Assembly: GCA_963795085.1 (NCBI GenBank)
Contig: CAWCFX010000003.1
Location: 160,001-224,000 of the forward strand
Direction: 5' to 3'
Source of the DNA: an uncultured Gemmatimonadales bacterium
GTDB taxonomy: Bacteria; Gemmatimonadota; Gemmatimonadetes; Gemmatimonadales; GWC2-71-9
DNA length: 64,000 nucleotides
Part shown: positions 57,774 to 64,000 of the stretch, one piece after another
Numbering within the stretch: position 1 is the stretch's first letter
Layout of the letters: each line of letters starts with the position of its first letter
The notes under the pieces: generated by a model
Database searches by the model: none
What the model saw: the letters and a program-made list of their open reading frames with translations, nothing else
Told to the model about the DNA's origin: nothing
Program-made: the position numbers and the translations under genes

Positions 57774-59570
57774 ATGGCCATCGCCTATGTGGACGGGCCC
57801 CGCCTGGCGCGGGCGCTCTTTGCCGCCTCCGACTGGGTCGCGGCGGGCCGGGACGAGATCAACCGCATCAATGTCTTCCCCGTCCCCGATGGCGATACCG
57901 GCACCAATTTCAGCCTGACCCTCCGTTCCGTCGCCGATGCGCTCCGCGCCCTCGGCGACGCGCCGCTTTCGGACACCGTTCAGGCCATGGCGCGGGGCGC
58001 CGTCCTCGGCGCCCGGGGCAACTCCGGCATGATGCTGGCCCATTTCCTCCTCGGCTTCGCCGATGCGCTCGGGTCGGTCCCCGCCGCCACCACCCCGGAG
58101 ATCGCCCGCGCCATCCGGGCCGGCGCCGACCGGCTCTGCGGTTCCCTCGATGATCCCCGCGAAGGGACTATTCTCACCGTAGCCCGTGACGCCGCCGTGG
58201 CGATGGAACGAAGCGCGCACCCCGGGATGGATCTCGCCGATTTCATGGGGCAGTTCCTGGCCGAGGGCGAACGGGCGCTGGCCCGGACCCCGGAGTTGAT
58301 GGCGGTCCTGCGCGAGGCCGGGGTCGTGGATGCCGGCGGCAAGGCGTTTGTCCGGATGATCGAGGGGGTGGTCCGGCTCATCGAGGGCGACCCCATTCTG
58401 CCTTCCACCGCGGACTTCTCCACCGAGGCCCTCAGCCCGGCCGCCCTGGCGGATGTGGCGGCCGAACGTGACTACCAGTACTGCACCGAGGTCATGGTTC
58501 GGGGGGAAGGCCTCCCCCCGGCGAACGACGTTCGCCAGGCGATGCGGCAGTTCGGCGGCTCCCTGGTCGTCCTGGTGGCGGGGAACCTGCTCAAGGTGCA
58601 TGTGCACACCGATACCCCCGATGCCGTCTTTACCTATGCGGCGCGCTGGGGTTCCCTTGAAGCCACCAAGGCCGACGACATGCGGGCCCAGCACCGGGAA
58701 CTGGCCCACGCCGAACGGCGCCCGGTCGCGATCGTCACCGACTCATCCTGCGACCTGTCCGATGCCATTCTTGACCGGCATCACATCGCCCTGGTTCCGC
58801 TGCAGGTCATGTTTGGAACGGAGACGTTCCAGGACCGGCTGGGGCTCAAGCCGGAAGAGTTCTACCGGCGGCTGCGGAGCGCCCCCGATCTTCCGACCAC
58901 CTCACAACCGGCGCCCGCGGACTTCGTGCGGGTGTTCCGCGATGCCCGGGCGGAGGCCGAGGAAGTGGTAGCGGTCCTGCTGTCTGCGAGCCTCTCGGGG
59001 ACGTACCAGTCGGCAGTGGCGGCAATCAAGGCCGCCAACCTGACCCGCGTGCACACGGTGGACAGCGGTTCGGCCTCGCTGGGGCTGGGGTTGCTGGCCC
59101 TCCGCGCCGCGGAGCTGGCGGAATCGGGCTGGGCGGCGGAGCGGATCGCCGCCGAGTTGCGGCGGCTTCGAGGCCAGGCCGGCTCTTTTATTACGGTGGA
59201 CCGGTTCGACAACCTGATCCGCTCCGGGCGGGTCACCAGGGGCAAGGCGTGGCTGGCCGGCGTCCTCGACGTCAAGCCGATCCTGTCCCTCGATCCCTCG
59301 GGGCGGGTGGTACCGGTGGACCGGGTGCGCGGGCGGGACAACGTGGTGCCGCGGGTGCTGGCCCTGCTGGACCGGCAACTGACCCCGCGGCCCCGGGCAA
59401 TCCGCTTCGGGGTCGTTCATGCCGAAGCCCCGGAGATCGCCGAACGGGTCCGAACCGCCCTGGTCGCCGCATATCAGCCGCGGGACTGCTTTGTCTCGGT
59501 AGCCACCGGCGTCCTCGGCACGCATGTCGGCCCGGGGGCATGGGGGCTATTTTACGTCGTAGAGGATTGA
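57774..59570 (+). CDS. DAK2 (FakA-like) - DegV (FakB-like) fusion protein
   Basis: NVFPVPDGDTGTN, GARGNSG, EGTILTV, YCTE, KVHVHT, then IVTDSSCDL, TTSQP, LSGTY, HVGPGA. Confidence 0.92.
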   Translation: MAIAYVDGPRLARALFAASDWVAAGRDEINRINVFPVPDGDTGTNFSLTLRSVADALRALGDAPLSDTVQAMARGAVLGARGNSGMMLAHFLLGFADALGSVPAATTPEIARAIRAGADRLCGSLDDPREGTILTVARDAAVAMERSAHPGMDLADFMGQFLAEGERALARTPELMAVLREAGVVDAGGKAFVRMIEGVVRLIEGDPILPSTADFSTEALSPAALADVAAERDYQYCTEVMVRGEGLPPANDVRQAMRQFGGSLVVLVAGNLLKVHVHTDTPDAVFTYAARWGSLEATKADDMRAQHRELAHAERRPVAIVTDSSCDLSDAILDRHHIALVPLQVMFGTETFQDRLGLKPEEFYRRLRSAPDLPTTSQPAPADFVRVFRDARAEAEEVVAVLLSASLSGTYQSAVAAIKAANLTRVHTVDSGSASLGLGLLALRAAELAESGWAAERIAAELRRLRGQAGSFITVDRFDNLIRSGRVTRGKAWLAGVLDVKPILSLDPSGRVVPVDRVRGRDNVVPRVLALLDRQLTPRPRAIRFGVVHAEAPEIAERVRTALVAAYQPRDCFVSVATGVLGTHVGPGAWGLFYVVED

Positions 59571-59678
59571 CGGCCCCTGGCGGCCGCCCCCGTCCCTTTC
59601 TGGGTCCACCCGGAAGGACACAGTGTCCACTCCCGCGCGAGGATACAACCAATCGACACGCCCGTTCGTACCAGGAAG

Positions 59679-60026
59679 ATGGACCTGCCGGATCAGCTGC
59701 AGGCGGCGTTGAACGCGATGGACGACCTCAAGGCCCGCCAGGTGGTCGTGCTCGACCTCCGGGGTCTGAACGATGCCACGGATTTCTTCGTGATCGCGTC
59801 CGGCACGTCCGATGCACATGTCCGCGGCATCGCCGATTCCGTCATGGAGAAAATGGGTCGCCATGGGGTGAAGACCCACCACGTCGAAGGCCTTCCCGGC
59901 GGCCGCTGGGTGCTCCTGGACTACGTCGATTTCGTGATTCACCTGTTTCACCCGGAAACCCGGTCCTTCTATCAGCTGGAGCGGCTCTGGAACGATGCTC
60001 CAGAATTCCTCGCCAGCTCGTCATGA
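59679..60026 (+). CDS. rsfS: ribosome silencing factor
   Basis: D.KA..VVVLD, DFFVIASG, WVLLDYVD.VIHLF...R.FY.LE.LW. Confidence 0.95.
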   Translation: MDLPDQLQAALNAMDDLKARQVVVLDLRGLNDATDFFVIASGTSDAHVRGIADSVMEKMGRHGVKTHHVEGLPGGRWVLLDYVDFVIHLFHPETRSFYQLERLWNDAPEFLASSS

Positions 60027-60039
60027 GCAGGGGTATGGC

Positions 60040-63000
60040 ATGAAACGCACACTGGTATTGCTCGGACTGCTGACGGCTGCGCCAGCGGTTCTGCCGGCCC
60101 AGTACTTCGGCCAGAACAAGGTGCAGTACCGCACCTTCGATTTCCAGGTCATCCAGACCGAGCACTTCGACGTCTATTTCTACGAGCGGGAACGGAGCGC
60201 GGCGATGGACGCCGCCCGGATGGCCGAACGCTCGTATGCCCGTCTCTCCCGGGCCCTGAACCACAAGTTCCGGGAGCGAAAACCGATCATCCTGTACGCC
60301 AGTCATTCCGATTTCCAGCAGACCAACGCCACCGGTGGCGAGGTCGGCGAGGGCACTGGGGGGTTCACCGATTTCCTCAAGCACCGGAACGTGCTGCCGT
60401 TCACCGGCAGCTACGCCGACTTTGAGCACGTCCTGCAGCACGAGATGGTGCACCAGTTCCAGTACGATGTCTGGAGCCGGGGCCGTGCAGGGGCCAATAT
60501 CCAGGCGCTGATTCAATTGAACCCTCCACTCTGGTTCGTGGAGGGCATGGCCGAGTATTTCAGCAAGGGCCGGGTGGACGCGAACACCGCCATGTGGCTC
60601 CGGGACGCGGCCCTCGAGGGCAACCTCCCGACCATTGACCAGATGACGAACGACCCCCGGATATTTCCCTACCGGTTCGGCGAGGCATTGATCGCCTACA
60701 TCGGGGGGCGGTGGGGGGACGAGGCCGTCGCCGCCATCCTGCACAGCAGCCTGAGCGGGAGTCTCGAGGGCTCCTTCCGGCGGGTCCTGGGCCTGGGCTT
60801 CGAGGAGTTGTCCAACCAGTGGCGGGACTATGTCCATAAGAAGTACCTGCCCCAGATCGGGAACCGGGTCCGGGCCAGCGCCTTTGCCCAGCCGGTGTTG
60901 ACGGAGGAAAAGTCAGACGGAACGCTTCACCTGGCGCCGGCCCTCTCCCCCGATGGGCGCCAGATCGCCTATTTCAGCGAGAAGGATTTCTATTTCGTTG
61001 ACCTGTACCTGGCCGATGCGGTCACCGGCAAAGTTGACCGGCGGCTGCTCAAGGCTTCGTTCAGCGCCAACTACGAGACCTTCAGGTTTATCAGCTCCGG
61101 GGTCAGTTGGTCGCCGGACGGCCGGTACATCGCCATGGCCGCCAAGAAGGGCCCCAAGGACGATCTGGTCATTCTCGATGTGGAGCGGAACCGGGAAGTG
61201 CGCCGCATCGAGGTGGATCTGAACGGCATCCTCACCCCGGCATGGAGCCCCGACGGCACCCAGATCGTGTTTACCGGCCTGGACGGGGGCCTGTCGAACC
61301 TGTACGTGGTCAATGCCGACGGCAGCGGTTTTCGCGCCCTCACCCAGGACAAGCAGGCCGACATGCACCCGGTGTGGTCGCCCGACGGGTCCACCATCGC
61401 CTTCGCGACCGACCGGGGTCCGGCGACCAGCTTCGATTCACTGACCTTCAGCAACCTCCGGATCGCGCTTTACCACCTGGGGACCGGGCGGATTGAAGTC
61501 CTGGACCACATGGGGGAAGGGCTCAACGCCAATCCGCAGTACTCCCCGGATGGCCGGCAGATCGCGTTCACGTCGGACCGGAATGGCGTCACCAACATCT
61601 ACCTGTACGGCCTGGATGACGGCAAACTCTACCAGCTGACCGACCTGTTCACCGGCGTCCAGGGTATCACGCCCCTCTCCCCCGCCCTCTCCTGGTCCCG
61701 GAACGCCGACCGGCTCGCGTTCGTCTATTACGAAGACAGCAAGCACGACGTCTACACGCTGGACAACCCTCGCTCGCTCACCAGGCCCTATCTGCCGGCG
61801 CCGGTGGAACAGCCCGGCGCTGTTGCCGTGGCGCCGCCTCCCGCCGCGGCGCCTGCCGATACCCAGGCGGCCCAGAGCGGTGCCGTGCAGCAAAGCGAGT
61901 CCATTTACCGGGGCCAGGCCGGGTTCCGCGAGTCGGGGCAGGCCCGGACCGACAGCCTCGCGCCGCCCCCGGTCTCCATCTCGTCCCTGCTCGACTCGGC
62001 GCGCATCAACCTCCCGGATACGTCGGAATTCACCATCCGGAAATCCCGCACCAAGTTCACCGCGGACTACGTGGCGCGCCCCAGCGTGGGCTACAGCCGG
62101 GACACCTTCGGCCGCGGCTTCTTCGGCGGAACCGCCGTCGCCCTGAGCGACATGCTGGGCGATCACACCCTGATCTTCTCAGGCTACGTCAACGGGTCCC
62201 TCGCGGAATCCCAGATCCTGGCCGCATACATCAATCAGCGCCGGCGCCTCAACTGGGCCGTGGGAGCCGGGCAGGAGCCCTACTTCTACCGCGAGGCGCA
62301 GGTCATCCGGCGGGATCCCAATCCCAGCCAGGGCCTCTCCAATGACACCCTTATCACCAACGTCCGGCGGCTGGTGCTCCGGACGGTGTTCACCGAGGCC
62401 TACTATCCCCTCAACCGTTTCCGTCGCATCGAGACCGGCCTGCGCTTCGCCAACGTCAGCGACGATCGTCTGAGCCTGGTGGAGCCGTTCAACGGGCGGA
62501 CCGGTGTCCCGACTGACAACCCGTTCATCCGTACTACCGACCTGGGCAGTTCCAACTACGTACAGCCCTCCGTCGCCATGGTCTTCGACAACTCCCTCTT
62601 CGGGTACGTGGGGCCCTTTTACGGGAGGCGCTACCGGCTATCGCTGGCCCACAGCGTCGGGACCTGGAACTTCACGACTGCCACGGTGGACTACCGCCGG
62701 TACGACCAGCTCCCCGGACCCTTCGTGCTGGCCACCCGGGGTCTCTACTTCGGCCGGATTGGCCAGGACGCCGATGAGTTCCAGATTTTCCTGGGCAGCA
62801 GCGACCTGCTGCGCGGGCACACTTCCGGCTCCTATTTCCGGAACGAATGCAACGCCACCAACGACAGCGGCAGCCTCAGTGGATGCCGCCAGCTGGACCG
62901 GCTGATCGGGACCCAGATTGCCGTGGCCAACGCCGAGCTGCGTTTCCCGGTGGCGAATTCGCAGATGTTCCAGTGGCTGCCGCTCGGGTTCCCGCCGCTG

Positions 63001-63237
63001 GACGGGGCCATCTTCTACGACATCGGCCTGGCCTGGAACGAGCAGAGCGTGGTCCGCCTGAACGGCGACAACAACGGCAACCCGCTCAAGTTCCGCACCC
63101 CGCTGCACAGCTATGGCGCCTCGCTCCGAACCAACCTGTTCAACTTCGTCATCCTCCGCCTGGACTACTCGGTCCCCATCGGGCGTGAGGGCTTCCGTGG
63201 CGGCCTCTGGACCGTAAGCCTGGGCCCCACGTTCTAG
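60040..63237 (+). CDS. Omp85/BamA-TamA family protein with N-terminal HExxH peptidase-like domain and PD40/TolB-like beta-propeller
   Basis: Signal peptide, HEMVH...EGMAEY, WSPDG repeats, LRG loop-6 and FYDIG motifs, terminal Phe. Confidence 0.9.
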   Translation: MKRTLVLLGLLTAAPAVLPAQYFGQNKVQYRTFDFQVIQTEHFDVYFYERERSAAMDAARMAERSYARLSRALNHKFRERKPIILYASHSDFQQTNATGGEVGEGTGGFTDFLKHRNVLPFTGSYADFEHVLQHEMVHQFQYDVWSRGRAGANIQALIQLNPPLWFVEGMAEYFSKGRVDANTAMWLRDAALEGNLPTIDQMTNDPRIFPYRFGEALIAYIGGRWGDEAVAAILHSSLSGSLEGSFRRVLGLGFEELSNQWRDYVHKKYLPQIGNRVRASAFAQPVLTEEKSDGTLHLAPALSPDGRQIAYFSEKDFYFVDLYLADAVTGKVDRRLLKASFSANYETFRFISSGVSWSPDGRYIAMAAKKGPKDDLVILDVERNREVRRIEVDLNGILTPAWSPDGTQIVFTGLDGGLSNLYVVNADGSGFRALTQDKQADMHPVWSPDGSTIAFATDRGPATSFDSLTFSNLRIALYHLGTGRIEVLDHMGEGLNANPQYSPDGRQIAFTSDRNGVTNIYLYGLDDGKLYQLTDLFTGVQGITPLSPALSWSRNADRLAFVYYEDSKHDVYTLDNPRSLTRPYLPAPVEQPGAVAVAPPPAAAPADTQAAQSGAVQQSESIYRGQAGFRESGQARTDSLAPPPVSISSLLDSARINLPDTSEFTIRKSRTKFTADYVARPSVGYSRDTFGRGFFGGTAVALSDMLGDHTLIFSGYVNGSLAESQILAAYINQRRRLNWAVGAGQEPYFYREAQVIRRDPNPSQGLSNDTLITNVRRLVLRTVFTEAYYPLNRFRRIETGLRFANVSDDRLSLVEPFNGRTGVPTDNPFIRTTDLGSSNYVQPSVAMVFDNSLFGYVGPFYGRRYRLSLAHSVGTWNFTTATVDYRRYDQLPGPFVLATRGLYFGRIGQDADEFQIFLGSSDLLRGHTSGSYFRNECNATNDSGSLSGCRQLDRLIGTQIAVANAELRFPVANSQMFQWLPLGFPPLDGAIFYDIGLAWNEQSVVRLNGDNNGNPLKFRTPLHSYGASLRTNLFNFVILRLDYSVPIGREGFRGGLWTVSLGPTF

Positions 63238-63263
63238 GGGAGAGTCACCGGGCAGCGCCAGGG

Positions 63264-63291
63264 AGGGGCGGGGTCATTCCCGCCCCTATTT
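63264..63291 (+). terminator. putative intrinsic terminator
   Basis: aggggcggg/cccgcccct stem followed by attt. Confidence 0.55.
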
Positions 63292-63320
63292 GTGTCCGCT
63301 GGTATTGGCTATCTTTGAGG

Positions 63321-64000
63321 GTGCCGCAACATTCCCGTCTCTTCCTCGGTGCCCTCCTGGCACTGGGACTTGCGTCGTGCAAGGATACGCCCCGCCCCGG
63401 CGGCCAACCCCTGTCGCCATCGGTTCCTCCCGCCAGTCTGCTTCGGCTGCCCCGGGCCGGCGGCGCCCCGACGGTCTATCGGCTTCCCCGCCTGGCCGAT
63501 GCCGACTGGGTGCGCACCGGCGAATTCCCTCCGCTCCGGTCCGTGATCGGGGCCGATCTCGACCAGCGGGTCGTCTTCGCCGCTGATTCGTCCGACCGAA
63601 TCGTCGCCCTGGACCTCGAAAATGGAAAAGTCCGCGCCTACCTGAGCGGCGCGCGCACGTCCATCATGGGGCCGGACGGCACCCTCTACACCGTGGATGA
63701 CAGCAACCAGGTCACCCAGATCGCCCGGCGGTCACCGGCGCGGTTCCGCGGCCGCCTGCCGGGGCGGCCCCGCGACCTCTTCGGCACCCTCAACGACGAA
63801 GTTCTCGCCCTGGTGCCCGGGCCGACCTCCCAGCTGGTGGCCTTGAGCCACGATCAACCGGCCCGCAAGGCCAGCCTGCCGGCCGGCGAGGCGGCCGCGT
63901 CCATGTGGGGCGACCTGGTCGCGGTGGCCGCTGACACCGCGGTGATTCTCTACGATCCCAGCGGGGACCCCGGAATCCGGTCCATCCCGGTGGACGGCGG
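63321..64000 (+). CDS. lipoprotein with beta-propeller-like region (partial, runs off the window)
   Basis: Open frame from GTG 63321: PQHSRLFLGALLALGLASC (lipobox)...IVALDLENG...GPDGTLYTVD; absent from the ORF track because it has no stop in the window. Confidence 0.8.
   Translation, partial: MPQHSRLFLGALLALGLASCKDTPRPGGQPLSPSVPPASLLRLPRAGGAPTVYRLPRLADADWVRTGEFPPLRSVIGADLDQRVVFAADSSDRIVALDLENGKVRAYLSGARTSIMGPDGTLYTVDDSNQVTQIARRSPARFRGRLPGRPRDLFGTLNDEVLALVPGPTSQLVALSHDQPARKASLPAGEAAASMWGDLVAVAADTAVILYDPSGDPGIRSIPVDG

Noticed and set aside
63290..63586. ORF-track entries 63290-63586 and 63349-63546
   Set aside because: The third frame from GTG 63321 has a lipobox and stays open to the window end, so it is the better gene call

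Overview
GC-rich, gene-dense bacterial chromosome segment with mostly core genes; gene content and order suggest Gemmatimonadota (inference). It holds: (1) a BON-valS-Big_5 lipoprotein-selA-gmhB-purN-purH-DUF2723 run; (2) a hybrid PAS/GAF sensor kinase; (3) a TetR-TolC-MFP-RND efflux operon with a clear operator; (4) two tRNA-Ser genes, gltX and a CapA-family gene; (5) a long minus-strand block with two paralogous Ig-like secreted proteins, a TonB-anchor-like protein, an FAH hydrolase, a JAB-DinG helicase, a DUF4159-DUF4175-TPR-Tat protein cluster, rsmI and trxA; (6) mce, pdxJ, a pseudo-Hpt protein, ispE, tRNA-Gln and an interposed TonB-dependent receptor; (7) prs-rplY-pth-ychF-rpsF-rpsR-DUF2232-rplI, a DAK2-DegV fusion, rsfS and a peptidase/beta-propeller/Omp85 protein. 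I saw no transposase, integrase, phage or CRISPR array. Most interesting signals: exported proteins are strongly enriched in the Bacteroidota-type D-(S/T)-x O-glycosylation sequon, alongside a TMEM260/GT117-like DUF2723 gene; three genes appear to need CTG starts; a leaderless 8-codon uORF is coupled to the JAB-DinG helicase; 7-16 bp intergenic tandem repeats often occur as inverted arm pairs; and there is a ~137-nt candidate structured RNA. All domain calls come from motif recognition by eye, not database searches.
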